Shown here piece after piece: positions 53,403 to 63,642 of a stretch of DNA of 64,000 nucleotides. This DNA comes from Bacillota bacterium (lineage in GTDB: Bacteria; Bacillota; JAAYKD01). The first letter of the stretch is position 1, and each line of letters begins with the position of its first letter. The notes below the pieces were generated by a model. It ran no database searches and was not told the origin of the DNA. It was given only the letters and a program-made list of their open reading frames with translations. The stretch covers positions 160,001 through 224,000 of the forward strand of contig OY762825.2 in the NCBI GenBank assembly GCA_963666425.2. The letters run 5' to 3'. The translations under genes were made by a program, and so were the position numbers.

Positions 53403-54989
53403 ATGGCATTTCTTGTGCAAAGTCTTCGCATCCCCTTAGAAGAGCGGGGTCGGGTTCTGCCGTACTTAGCGGAACGCATCGGTTGTCCAATCAGCGAGAT
53501 AGAGAACCTGCAGATCGTTCATGAAGCCATCGATGCCAGGCGCAGCCAGATTAATTTTGTTTATCACCTCGAGTTTGAGCTCAAACAACCGCAAAAATGG
53601 CTGCAGCGTTCGCGCATCCCCCTGCTGCCGGCGCCGGTTCGCGAGTATGTCTCACCGCATCCCGGCAGCTTGAAATTGGCGCATGCGCCGGTGATTGTGG
53701 GAGCAGGACCTGCCGGCTTATTTGCCGCCTTGCTTTTTGCGGAAAACGGTTATCAACCGCTTTTATTGGAAAGGGGAGGCCCAATTGAAGAACGCGTCAA
53801 AGCGGTCGAACAATTCTGGCAGAGCGGAACGCTTGATCCGCAAAGCAACGTGCAATTCGGCGAAGGCGGAGCCGGTACCTTCTCGGACGGAAAACTGACC
53901 ACGCAGATTCGCGATCCGCGTATCTTTCAGGTTTTAAAGCAATTTGTGGCTGCCGGCGCACCGGCGGATATTCTTTACAGTCATAAACCGCATATCGGGA
54001 CAGATCGTCTGCGCCAAATCATGATCCGCATGCGGCAGCGAATCCTTGCCTTAGGCGGACAAATCCATTTCTATGCCTGTTTGGATCATTTGTTCCTGGC
54101 AGAGGATCGCCTGCAAGGAATCCGCCTGACTGACGGCAATGAAATTGCCGCAGAAGCTCTGATCTTGGCCATCGGGCACAGTGCCAGAGACACCTTTGCC
54201 AATCTCTTTGCACAAAACCTGGCGATGGAAAGCAAAGCGTTTTCTTTGGGCGTGCGCATCGAACACCTGCAAAGCTGGATTGATGCAGCGCAATATGGCA
54301 GTTTAGCCGGACACCCAAAGCTTGATGCTGCCGATTATAAATTGGTCTACCATGCCAAGAGCGGCAGAACTGTCTATAGCTTTTGTATGTGCCCCGGCGG
54401 GCAGGTGGTTGCCTCCGCCAGTGAGCCGGGATATTTGGTCACCAACGGCATGAGCTACCATGCCAGAGACGGCAAAAACGCCAACAGCGGTCTGTTGGTG
54501 GCTGTTTCACCGCAGGATTATGGCTCCGATGCTCCTTTGGCGGGTATGGAATTCCAAAGGAAATGGGAAGCGTTGGCGTACGCTGCCGGCGGAGCTGCTT
54601 TTCGCGCGCCGCTGCAGCGTCTGGATGATTTCCTGTTGGGAACCGTGACTAAGGAGCCCAAGGCAGTGTTGCCAACTTACCGCCCCGGTGTGGAAATTGC
54701 CGATCTGAATCGCTGTCTGCCGGAATATGTCAGTGAGGCTTTACGGGAAGCAATCCCGGCTTTGGCTCGGAAACTCAAAGGATTTGATCAGCCAGAGGCA
54801 ATCCTAACCGGCATTGAAACACGCAGTTCATCGCCTTTGCGTATTTTACGCAATGAAAACGGTGAAAGCTCGATCAAAGGCCTTTACCCTGCGGGAGAAG
54901 GAGCCGGTTATGCCGGTGGCATCGTTTCTTCCGCAGTGGACGGATTAAGAGCTGCCGAACAGATTATCCAGCAATATGCTCCGAGGTGA
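53403..54989 (+). CDS. FAD-dependent oxidoreductase (COG2509-like)
   Basis: VGAGPAGLFAA, FGEGGAGTFSDGKL, FCMCPGG, GEGAGYAGGI.S.AVDG. Confidence 0.85.
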   Translation: MAFLVQSLRIPLEERGRVLPYLAERIGCPISEIENLQIVHEAIDARRSQINFVYHLEFELKQPQKWLQRSRIPLLPAPVREYVSPHPGSLKLAHAPVIVGAGPAGLFAALLFAENGYQPLLLERGGPIEERVKAVEQFWQSGTLDPQSNVQFGEGGAGTFSDGKLTTQIRDPRIFQVLKQFVAAGAPADILYSHKPHIGTDRLRQIMIRMRQRILALGGQIHFYACLDHLFLAEDRLQGIRLTDGNEIAAEALILAIGHSARDTFANLFAQNLAMESKAFSLGVRIEHLQSWIDAAQYGSLAGHPKLDAADYKLVYHAKSGRTVYSFCMCPGGQVVASASEPGYLVTNGMSYHARDGKNANSGLLVAVSPQDYGSDAPLAGMEFQRKWEALAYAAGGAAFRAPLQRLDDFLLGTVTKEPKAVLPTYRPGVEIADLNRCLPEYVSEALREAIPALARKLKGFDQPEAILTGIETRSSSPLRILRNENGESSIKGLYPAGEGAGYAGGIVSSAVDGLRAAEQIIQQYAPR

Positions 54990-54993
54990 CAGC

Positions 54994-56247
54994 ATGGCAA
55001 ACGAGCAAAAAAATTACGATATCGCGGTTTTAGGTGGCGGAGCGGCCGGAATGATGGCCGCTATTGCGGCTCATCGCACCAATCCGCTGCTGAAAATATT
55101 GATCTTGGATAAGAACGATCAATTGGGGCGTAAATTACTGGCTACCGGCAACGGGCGATGCAATTTCAGCAATGCCGATCAATCGCTGCAGAATTATCGC
55201 AGCAACGACCCGCAGATTGTCAGACAAGTGCTGCAGAATTTTGGTTTAGAGCAGACGCTGGACTTTTTCCATCGGCTCGGTCTGCACTTGCATTGTGAAG
55301 AAACACGTTATTATCCACGCAGCAATCAAGGAAAAATCGTTCGTGAGCTTTTGAAAAACGAGATTGACAGTTACCCCCTAACGCAGCTGTTAAACACGCC
55401 TGTGCGTGAAATCGAGGCATTAGCACAGGGTTTCCGTTTGTCGTCGGTAAATGGAACGCTTGGCACTGCCCGCAAACTGATTCTATGCAGCGGTGGCGCG
55501 GCGGCGCCGCAATTAGGAACGAGCGGTGATTTTTATGCTTGGCTGCAAAAGATGAATCATCGTGTTCTTGCGCCGGTCCCCGCTTTGATGCCCCTGCATT
55601 TAGAAATGAATCACTTGAAAAAGCTTGCCGGGATTCGTTTTGAGGGTAAAGCGAGCTTACTGATCGATGGCGAAAAGACAGTCCAATCGGAAGGGGAGTT
55701 CCTCTGGACTAATTATGGAATTTCCGGCATTCCAACGCTGGAACTCAGCCGGTTTGCCTCAAGAGCGCTTTACGAAAAAAAAGCGCTGCAGCTGCAGCTG
55801 GATTTTTTACCGGAATTTAACCTTCAAGCAGCACAAAATCTGGTATTCGACTGGCTGATGCAGGACGCCAGTCAAGTCACTGTCTCACTGAGCGGTTTGC
55901 TGCACAGCGATCTGGCAGCTTTCTTGGTCGGGAAGGTGGAGCAGCAAATTGGCGCAATTCGCTTCCTGCATCCCGGGCAAGCCGGTTTTTTAGCAAACCT
56001 GCTGAAAGAGTATACGGTCAGTGTCAGCGGCTGTAAAGACTGGTCGAATGCTCAGACTACCTGCGGCGGCGTGCTTTTGAGTGAAATAAATCCTACAACT
56101 ATGGAATCAAAACGGCAAGAGAATTTGTTCCTTGCCGGAGAAGTCCTTGATGTGGATGGAAACTGTGGTGGGTATAATTTACAATGGGCTTGGTCATCCG
56201 GCTTTCTGGCTGGCAGAGGCGCCGCACTGGTCAGCCGGGAGAAGTAA
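54994..56247 (+). CDS. HI0933/BaiN-like flavoprotein
   Basis: GGGAAGMMAA, GRKLLATGNGRCN.SN, T.GGV, GE.LDVDG.CGGYNLQWAWSSG. Confidence 0.88.
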   Translation: MANEQKNYDIAVLGGGAAGMMAAIAAHRTNPLLKILILDKNDQLGRKLLATGNGRCNFSNADQSLQNYRSNDPQIVRQVLQNFGLEQTLDFFHRLGLHLHCEETRYYPRSNQGKIVRELLKNEIDSYPLTQLLNTPVREIEALAQGFRLSSVNGTLGTARKLILCSGGAAAPQLGTSGDFYAWLQKMNHRVLAPVPALMPLHLEMNHLKKLAGIRFEGKASLLIDGEKTVQSEGEFLWTNYGISGIPTLELSRFASRALYEKKALQLQLDFLPEFNLQAAQNLVFDWLMQDASQVTVSLSGLLHSDLAAFLVGKVEQQIGAIRFLHPGQAGFLANLLKEYTVSVSGCKDWSNAQTTCGGVLLSEINPTTMESKRQENLFLAGEVLDVDGNCGGYNLQWAWSSGFLAGRGAALVSREK

Positions 56248-56260
56248 TTTCTGCGTTTAA

Positions 56261-56338
56261 AAAGCCTGAGTCAGTGTCTTTTTTGACAACTCCGTTTTTT
56301 AGTGGAGCTTGTCTCTTTCAGACACTGACTCAGGCTTT
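56261..56338. terminator. Long bidirectional hairpin between convergent genes
   Basis: Perfect 19-bp arms AAAGCCTGAGTCAGTGTCT / AGACACTGACTCAGGCTTT enclosing an inner stem. Confidence 0.75.
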
Positions 56339-56398
56339 CCGCTATGCAGTTTTTTTATGTTATCATCTCATTTCCATTCGTTGTCTATTTCTTTAAGA

Positions 56399-57598
56399 TT
56401 ATGATAGTTTTGTGAAAACTGTTTCGATGCGCTCTAAAGCCCAATCGAGTTCCGGTTTGCTGATGATCAGAGGCGGGGTGAAGCGGATGGTGGTGGCATG
56501 TGTCTCTTTGCAGAGCAGACCTTCTGCCATCAGCGCTTCACAGTATTTGCGGGCATTGCCGTATTCCGGTTTGATTTCCACGCCGATCATCAATCCTTTG
56601 CAGCGAATTTCTTTTACGGCAGGACAGACAATTGCTTTAAGCCTTTCGGAGAAATAGTCACCCATTTCGGCAGCACGAGCCGGCAGATCCTCCTCGATCA
56701 AAACATCCAAAGCAGCGATGCCGATGGCCGCGGCCAAAGGATTGCCACCGAAGGTGGAACCATGATCGCCAGGTGAAAAGACGGACATGATAGCGCGATC
56801 AGCTAAAACCACCGAGATCGGATAAACGCCGCCGCCCAGGGCTTTGGCTAAAATCAAGAGATCCGGTTTGACATTCTCATGTTCAAAACAGAACATTTTG
56901 CCGGTGCGGCCTAAGCCGACCTGAATTTCATCAAAAATCAGCAGAACATGATGTTGATCCGCGATTCGGCGGAGCTGCTGCAAATACCCTTGCGGCGGGA
57001 TAATCACACCGCCTTCTCCCTGAATCGGTTCCACTAAAATAGCGCAGGTGTTCTGATCAATCAACTGCTCGATCGCCTGACTGTCGCCATAAGCTGCAAC
57101 GCGAAAACCGGGTGTGAAGGGACCGAAACCATCCTGATATTGTTCTTCGGTCGAAAAGGAAATCACGGTTACGGTACGGCCGTGGAAGTTATTAGCGCAG
57201 ACAATGATGTTGCATTGATTCTTGGCAATGCCCTTGACTTTTTCTCCCCATTTGCGGGCGATTTTGATGGCTGATTCCACTGCTTCCGCACCGGTATTCA
57301 TGGGCAGCGCTTGCTCATAACCGGCCAGATCCGCAATCTTTTTCAAAAATAACCCCATTTGGTTATTAACAAAAGCGCGGGACGTGATCGTGATTTTACC
57401 CATTTGCTCGATCGCTGCTTTGATGATTCTTGGATGACAATGTCCTTGATTGACGGCAGAATAGGAAGCCAGCATATCGAGATATTTTCTGCCTTCCGTA
57501 TCCCATACCCAGCATCCCTGACCTTGTTCGATCACAACGGGCAGCGGCTTATAGTTGTGTGCGCCGTATTGATCTTCTAATTTTAAGTACTCCTGCAT
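56399..57598 (-). CDS. rocD: Ornithine--oxo-acid aminotransferase
   Basis: GAHNYKPLPVV, YSAVNQGHCHP, MNTGAEAVE, EPIQGE, DEIQ.GLGRTG, HGSTFGGNPL. Confidence 0.93.
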   Translation of the reverse strand: MQEYLKLEDQYGAHNYKPLPVVIEQGQGCWVWDTEGRKYLDMLASYSAVNQGHCHPRIIKAAIEQMGKITITSRAFVNNQMGLFLKKIADLAGYEQALPMNTGAEAVESAIKIARKWGEKVKGIAKNQCNIIVCANNFHGRTVTVISFSTEEQYQDGFGPFTPGFRVAAYGDSQAIEQLIDQNTCAILVEPIQGEGGVIIPPQGYLQQLRRIADQHHVLLIFDEIQVGLGRTGKMFCFEHENVKPDLLILAKALGGGVYPISVVLADRAIMSVFSPGDHGSTFGGNPLAAAIGIAALDVLIEEDLPARAAEMGDYFSERLKAIVCPAVKEIRCKGLMIGVEIKPEYGNARKYCEALMAEGLLCKETHATTIRFTPPLIISKPELDWALERIETVFTKLS

Positions 57599-57739
57599 AG
57601 CATCCTTCCTTTCCTGCAATTTGGCACAGTTCCTTAATATAACTCGGTGTAATCGAATCAAACATGGAACCAAAACGAAGAATAGTGTATAAAAATACTA
57701 TGAATTGATTTGATATACACGGATATTATATTATTCTAT

Positions 57740-57768
57740 ATCATATCAGCCCAAATGCTGTATGTCAA
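57740..57768 (-). promoter_or_regulatory. SigA promoter of rocD
   Basis: TTGACA-17 bp-TATGAT with extended TG on the minus strand. Confidence 0.75.
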
Positions 57769-57880
57769 GCCGGAGACTACAGATTATTCAACGGAAGCAC
57801 TTATTGTGCTTTAACGGCAAATGTGATATGATTATTTTGTTACAGTGCAAACTTATAAAAGTAGAGAAGGAGTGTTTTTA

Positions 57881-59125
57881 ATGGACAGAAATACATTATT
57901 GAACGAAGGTATTCTGGCGAAATTTCTCCGTTACGTGGAAATGGATTCACAATCCCGCGATGGCAGCACGACAGTCCCCAGCTCCGACTGCCAGCTCAAA
58001 TTGGCAGCAGTATTAAAAGAGGAATTACTTACTTTGGGTTTAAAAGATGCGATTGTCGATGAGTTCGGAATTGTTACTGCCACGCTGCCGGCAACCGCGG
58101 GCAAAGAAAACACACCGGCGATTGGCTATTTAGCCCATATGGATACGGTTCCGGCTGTGCCTGCTTCTAATGTCAAACCTCAGGTAATTCACAATTATGA
58201 TGGCGGTAAAATTGTGCTCGCTTCCGGTGACGTAATTGATCCGGACGTTTGTAAAGAATTGAAACTGGCAGTCGGGCATGATCTGGTTACTTCCGATGGC
58301 AGTACTTTGCTTGGTGCTGACGATAAGAGCGGTATTGCAGCAATCATGGAAGCAATCTGCCGGATGCTGAAAGACGACAAGCTGGTCCATGGACCTTTTA
58401 AAGTAGGATTTACCGTTGACGAAGAGATAGGCTCCGGCATACAGCATTTTAATGTCAAACGTTTTGGAGCAGAAGTTGCATATACGCTCGATGGCGGCAC
58501 GATCGGCGATTATCAGGATGAAACCTTTAATGCTTACAATGTGAAAGTTCATATCACCGGACGCAGCAGCCATACCGGCACTGCCAAAGGTGTGATGATC
58601 AATGCCATGCATATGGCAGCCCAGCTCTGCGCCGCGATCCCGGCCAATATGCGCCCGGAAACGACGGACGGTTATGATGGATTTGTGCATCCCAATACGA
58701 TTAGCGGCACCTTTGAAACCATCACGATGAGCATGATTCTGCGTGATTTTAACGCGGAAGGTTTAAAGCATAAAGTAGCTTGGCTGGAAGCGCAATGTGC
58801 GGCTTTACAGGCAGCTTATCCGGGCTCTTTGGTGCAAATTGTGCACACCGGCGGTTACCGCAATATGAATGAAGTACTGAAAGATCAGAAAGAAATCGTC
58901 GAGATTGCCCGTACGGCCATGATCAATTGCCAAGTGGAACCGAAGAAATCGATCGTCCGCGGCGGTACCGACGGCTCTCAATTGACCTTCATGGGTTTGC
59001 CGACCCCCAATCTGTTTTACGGTGGCTGCAACGCGCATTCCCGTGCCGAGTGGGCTTCGGTACAGTTTATGGAGAAAGCAACCGATGTGATCGTGGAAAT
59101 TGCCCGTTTATGGAGTAATCAATAG
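57881..59125 (+). CDS. pepT: Peptidase T (tripeptide aminopeptidase)
   Basis: AHMDT, LLGADDKSG, DEEIG, YTLDG, RGGTDG, GLPTPN. Confidence 0.92.
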   Translation: MDRNTLLNEGILAKFLRYVEMDSQSRDGSTTVPSSDCQLKLAAVLKEELLTLGLKDAIVDEFGIVTATLPATAGKENTPAIGYLAHMDTVPAVPASNVKPQVIHNYDGGKIVLASGDVIDPDVCKELKLAVGHDLVTSDGSTLLGADDKSGIAAIMEAICRMLKDDKLVHGPFKVGFTVDEEIGSGIQHFNVKRFGAEVAYTLDGGTIGDYQDETFNAYNVKVHITGRSSHTGTAKGVMINAMHMAAQLCAAIPANMRPETTDGYDGFVHPNTISGTFETITMSMILRDFNAEGLKHKVAWLEAQCAALQAAYPGSLVQIVHTGGYRNMNEVLKDQKEIVEIARTAMINCQVEPKKSIVRGGTDGSQLTFMGLPTPNLFYGGCNAHSRAEWASVQFMEKATDVIVEIARLWSNQ

Positions 59126-59872
59126 ATGGCAAGTAAACCGGAGCGCCTCGACAAGATCCTGGTGCACATGAACATCGGCTCCCGCAGCGATATCAAAAAA
59201 ATGGCTCGTCAGGGTATGATTGAAGTGAATGGTGAGATCGTCCGCGATAGCTCCCTGCATTTCAATGCCGAGGAAGTCAGCATCAAAGTAGAGGGTAAAC
59301 CAATCAAATATAGCCGCTTCGTCTACTGGCTGATGAATAAACCGCAGGGCGTGATTACGGCAACCCGTGACGGACGCGAACGGACGGTCTGCAATTTGCT
59401 CAGTGAAGAAGATTTTCTGTTTGAACCATTCCCCATTGGGCGACTGGATCGAGACACGGAAGGATTTCTGCTGCTGACCAATGACGGGGAATTATCCCAT
59501 TTTTTGCTTTCACCCAAGTTTCATGTGCCGAAAACCTATTACCTGGAGGTAAAAGGTCTTCTGAACGAAGAGTCCGTTGCTGCCTGCAAGCTGGGGGTTA
59601 CACTTGACGATGGTTACAAAACCATGCCAGCCGAATTAAAACTGCTTTCAATGGATGCAGCAGCTTCCACTGCGGAATTAACCATTCACGAGGGAAAGTA
59701 TCACCAAGTGAAACGGATGATGGAAGCATTGGGCTGCGAAGTGACCTATCTGAAACGCATTTCTTTTGGTCCGCTGCAGATGGATGCCAATTTGCCGCTG
59801 GGGGCTTATCGCCCTTTGAGCGAAGCTGAAATCGCTGCACTGCGCAAAGCGGTAGGGCAGGACGAGAAATAA
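59126..59872 (+). CDS. rsuA: RsuA family rRNA pseudouridine synthase
   Basis: S4 domain, NKPQG, GRLDRDTEG.LLLTNDG, EGKYHQVKRM. Confidence 0.88.
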   Translation: MASKPERLDKILVHMNIGSRSDIKKMARQGMIEVNGEIVRDSSLHFNAEEVSIKVEGKPIKYSRFVYWLMNKPQGVITATRDGRERTVCNLLSEEDFLFEPFPIGRLDRDTEGFLLLTNDGELSHFLLSPKFHVPKTYYLEVKGLLNEESVAACKLGVTLDDGYKTMPAELKLLSMDAAASTAELTIHEGKYHQVKRMMEALGCEVTYLKRISFGPLQMDANLPLGAYRPLSEAEIAALRKAVGQDEK

Positions 59873-59987
59873 AAAACTGAAACCATCCGAAAAGTAAAGC
59901 TGAATGAATCGCCTTTCGGATGGTTTTGTTATGATCGCGCAGGAAATTTTCCAGCCGCTGCGGAATGATCAAGTGAGGTGATTCTAT

Positions 59988-60494
59988 ATGCAGGACGAAA
60001 TTTTAGTGGTTCATCCCTTACAGCCGATTTATGATCAAAAATCCAAAGTCTTAATTTTGGGAACGATGCCGTCACCGGTTTCCCGGCAGGTCTTATTTTA
60101 TTATGGCCATCCGCAAAACCGATTTTGGTCGGTGATGGCAGCGATTTGCGGCGAATCTTTGCCAACGGATCAGGAAGGCAAGAAGAGTTTGGCTCTGCGG
60201 CATGGCTTTGCTCTATGGGATGTCCTGCATAGCTGTAGCATCCGCGGCGCTGAGGATACGACGATTCGCAATCCCGTGGCCAACGATTTCACCGAAGTTT
60301 TGCATTCAAGTGAGATCAGCCACATCTTTACGACCGGACTGCAGGCAACGCGGCTTTATCAGAAGCTCTGTCTAGCGCAGACTGGCATGCCGTCGGTTTA
60401 TTTGCCTTCCACCAGCGCGGCCAATAGAGGGAACTATCCTCTGCAGGAATTGCTGCAATATTATACAAAAGAATTGCAGGGATTTTTACGATGA
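59988..60494 (+). CDS. DNA-deoxyinosine (hypoxanthine) glycosylase, UDG superfamily
   Basis: LILGTMPS..S, YY.HPQNRFW, LWDV..SC, LPSTS.AN. Confidence 0.85.
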   Translation: MQDEILVVHPLQPIYDQKSKVLILGTMPSPVSRQVLFYYGHPQNRFWSVMAAICGESLPTDQEGKKSLALRHGFALWDVLHSCSIRGAEDTTIRNPVANDFTEVLHSSEISHIFTTGLQATRLYQKLCLAQTGMPSVYLPSTSAANRGNYPLQELLQYYTKELQGFLR

Positions 60495-61606
60495 ACAATG
60501 GCTGGAGTGACAAACAGGTATTGCAGCTGGCAGAGCCAGGACTGCTGACGGATTTTTGCTTTCCTACGCAAGGATTGCTCGCCTGGTATGGCAAAAATGC
60601 CCGTGCTTTGCCCTGGCGGCAGCAACCGAGTGCTTATCATACCTGGATCTCGGAAATCATGCTGCAGCAAACGAGGGTAGAAACAGTGATACCCTATTAT
60701 CTGCGTTTCCTTGAGGCTTTTCCCACGGTTCAGGCATTGGCCGAAGCGGAAGAAGACCGCTTATTGAAGCTCTGGCAGGGACTTGGTTATTATAACAGAG
60801 TACGGAATATGCAAAAAGCAGCGCAGCTTCTGATGCAGAAGCAAAACAGTGATCTGCCTTCTTCGCCCGAAGAGTTGCTAAAGCTGGCCGGGATCGGTGA
60901 TTATACGGCTGCAGCCATTGCCTCGATTGCTTTCAGCGTGGTGATTCCTGTCTTGGATGGTAACGTATTGCGGGTGATGGCGCGAGTACTGGCAGTAGAA
61001 GCAGAAATAGAAACGGCTGCCGTGAAAAAAACTTTGCAGCAAATTGCCTTTACCTGGATCAGTAAAGCAATGCCGGGAGATTATAACCAGGCGATGATGG
61101 ATTTGGGTGCGACCATTTGCCTGCCGAACGGTGCTCCGCTCTGCCTAGTCTGTCCATGTCAATCTGTTTGTTTAGCCTTTCGATTGAACCGCAGCGATCT
61201 GCCAAAGCGCAAAGTCAAGACAGAACGAAAAAAACAGGCACTGACCGTCTTGTTGTTACAATCCGAAGATCACTTCCTGCTGCGTCGGCGCAGCAGCAAA
61301 GGGCTCTTAGCTAACTTGTGGGAGTTTCCCAATTTTCCGGGTCACTTAGAGGAAAACGAAATCAAACAACTGCTGCGAAATTTACAAACCCCCTTGCTTG
61401 CGATCAAACAGCTGCCAAAGGGCAGACATATCTTTACTCATATCGAGTGGGAAATGACTGCCTGGAACATCGAAATAGCCAAAGAAAATCCATTTCTTGA
61501 TGGCGTTTGGGTCACAAAAGAGGAAATGGCCAATGAATATGCCATTCCCAACGCCTTTTCCTTTCTGCTGGAACCATTATTACTGCTGAAAGAAGAGAAA
61601 CCATGA
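60491..61606 (+). CDS. mutY: A/G-specific adenine glycosylase MutY
   Basis: WISEIMLQQTRV, WQGLGYY.R, GIG.YTA, DGNV.RV, C-x-P.C..CP...C Fe-S site, C-terminal NUDIX-like domain. Confidence 0.93.
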   Translation: MNNGWSDKQVLQLAEPGLLTDFCFPTQGLLAWYGKNARALPWRQQPSAYHTWISEIMLQQTRVETVIPYYLRFLEAFPTVQALAEAEEDRLLKLWQGLGYYNRVRNMQKAAQLLMQKQNSDLPSSPEELLKLAGIGDYTAAAIASIAFSVVIPVLDGNVLRVMARVLAVEAEIETAAVKKTLQQIAFTWISKAMPGDYNQAMMDLGATICLPNGAPLCLVCPCQSVCLAFRLNRSDLPKRKVKTERKKQALTVLLLQSEDHFLLRRRSSKGLLANLWEFPNFPGHLEENEIKQLLRNLQTPLLAIKQLPKGRHIFTHIEWEMTAWNIEIAKENPFLDGVWVTKEEMANEYAIPNAFSFLLEPLLLLKEEKP

Positions 61607-63537
61607 TCAATATCGGAATTGTAGCGCATGTGGATGCTGGGAAAACCAGTCTGACTGAAAATTTACTCTATGTGAGCGGCAAGATTCGCCAAAAAGGCAG
61701 TGTTGATCAAGGAACAGCGCAGACAGACCGGTTGGACATCGAGCGGCAGCGAGGCATATCCATACGGACAGCTTCTGCGACGCTGACTTGGCAGGACATT
61801 CGGATCAATCTGTTGGATACACCGGGACATGTTGATTTTATGGGTGAAGTTGAGCGCTGTTTTGCGGCACTGGATGCAGCAGTTCTTGTCATATCAGCGG
61901 TGGAAGGGATTCAATCTCATACCGAATACTTATGGCAGACCTTACGGGAATTAAAAATTCCATGCTTGATTTTCATTAACAAAATTGATCGTGCCGGCTC
62001 GCAAATCGAGGCAATTTTGTTGGAAATGCAACAAAGGTGGCAGATACAGCCTTGTTTGATGAGCGAGGTCAGCAGGGAAGGCGATAAAAGCTGCGACAGC
62101 CATAGTAAACCTTTGCGTGAGGTGTTTTCCGAGCAGTTGATCGAGCTGGATGATACGCTGCTGGAACAGTATTTAAGCGGTAGAACCATCAAGGATGCAG
62201 ATTATGCAGTCGTTTTTCGCAGACTAGTCGCGGACTTAACGCTGGTGCTGGTTTACTGCGGCAGCATGGCCATGGGTTTGGGGGCGGAAGAGCTGTTGGA
62301 TGCAATCGTCCAATGGCTGCCGGAATCATCCACCGATTGTGAAGCACCTTTGAGCGGTATCGTTTATAAAGTAGAGCATGATACCGCCTTAGGACGTGTG
62401 GCGCATGTGCGTCTCTTTAGCGGCAGTCTGCAAAACAGAGATGAAATCATTCTGCCAAGAGAGCAGGAGAAACGCAAGATTTTCCAGATCAGACAATTCA
62501 ATGGTGCAAAACAAGAAGACAGCGGAATGCTCAAAGCGGGTGAGATTGGAGCCGTTTATGGGCTCAGCAGCATCCGGGTTGGCGATATTTTGGGAAGTGT
62601 TGATCAGCCAGACCAAAACCGGAGCTATACACATCCTTTTTTGAGCGTGCAAATTCAAGCTCTGCAAACTGCTCAAGATCCATTGCTGATGCAGGCGCTG
62701 CAGGAATTGTCAGCGGAAGATCCCTTGCTGCAGGCAGAATGGAGAAAAGAATCGCGGGCGGCTCAAGTCAAAATTACCGGAACCATTCAATTGGAGATTA
62801 TTCAAGCCCTATTGCAAACACGCTTTCATTTGCAGGTCCGATTATTTTCACCGGAAGTAGTTTATTATGAAACACCCATTCGCTCAGGAATCGGTTTTGA
62901 GGAATATACGATGCCAAAGCCCTGCTGGGCTATATTGAAATTACAAATTGAACCGGGAGAGCGGGGGAGCGGATATCAATTTTCTTCCATCGTCTCCAAT
63001 GATAAACTTTATTATCGTTATCAGAGACATATTGAACAATCCCTGCAAAACTGTTTGAAACAAGGCATTTATGGCTGGCCGGTGACGGATTTGAAAATCA
63101 CTCTCATTGATGGAGAACATCATATTGTGCATACCCATGCCTTAGATTTTTTTGTGGCGACGCCGATGGCTTTTCTAAAGGGGATGCAAAACTGCGGCAG
63201 TAGTTTATTGGAACCGATTTTGTCTTATCATTTCGAAGGGCCGTCGAACTATGCCAATAAAATCGCAGGCGATATCATGAAGATGCGCGGACGTTTTCGT
63301 GGACCGTATATTTTCGATGGGCAATTCACCTTAGAAGCGGAAATTCCTGCAGCAACTTCCATGAACTATCAGCTGACGCTGAGTCGGCTCAGCGATGGCA
63401 GGTGTCGGATGAGTAGCCGTTTTTACGCTTACGAACCCTGTGCTTTAGAGGATGGTAAGATCACGGATCGGATAGGTATTTCACCTCTAGATCGGGAAAA
63501 ATGGATTCTACAGGCGCGTAATGCCTTATCATCATAG
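61603..63537 (+). CDS. TetM/TetO-like (ribosomal protection protein-like) translational GTPase, divergent
   Basis: NIGIVAHVDAGKT, G.VD.G...TD...ER.RGISI, DTPGHVDF..EV, NKID, YGW.VTD.KI; 644 aa. Confidence 0.8.
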   Translation: MINIGIVAHVDAGKTSLTENLLYVSGKIRQKGSVDQGTAQTDRLDIERQRGISIRTASATLTWQDIRINLLDTPGHVDFMGEVERCFAALDAAVLVISAVEGIQSHTEYLWQTLRELKIPCLIFINKIDRAGSQIEAILLEMQQRWQIQPCLMSEVSREGDKSCDSHSKPLREVFSEQLIELDDTLLEQYLSGRTIKDADYAVVFRRLVADLTLVLVYCGSMAMGLGAEELLDAIVQWLPESSTDCEAPLSGIVYKVEHDTALGRVAHVRLFSGSLQNRDEIILPREQEKRKIFQIRQFNGAKQEDSGMLKAGEIGAVYGLSSIRVGDILGSVDQPDQNRSYTHPFLSVQIQALQTAQDPLLMQALQELSAEDPLLQAEWRKESRAAQVKITGTIQLEIIQALLQTRFHLQVRLFSPEVVYYETPIRSGIGFEEYTMPKPCWAILKLQIEPGERGSGYQFSSIVSNDKLYYRYQRHIEQSLQNCLKQGIYGWPVTDLKITLIDGEHHIVHTHALDFFVATPMAFLKGMQNCGSSLLEPILSYHFEGPSNYANKIAGDIMKMRGRFRGPYIFDGQFTLEAEIPAATSMNYQLTLSRLSDGRCRMSSRFYAYEPCALEDGKITDRIGISPLDREKWILQARNALSS

Positions 63538-63642
63538 AATATGTGCAGGCTATTTTTAATCAGCACTGAACGGTATCGGTCATAAGAAGGATGCTTATTG
63601 CGCTGTACGCTTCAAAATTGAAATCTAAAAGGAAGCTAGCTT

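Noticed and set aside
61603-63537. Calling this a bona fide tet(M)/tet(O) resistance gene on a conjugative element
   Set aside because: The functional loop is divergent, and there is no leader peptide or mobile-element context
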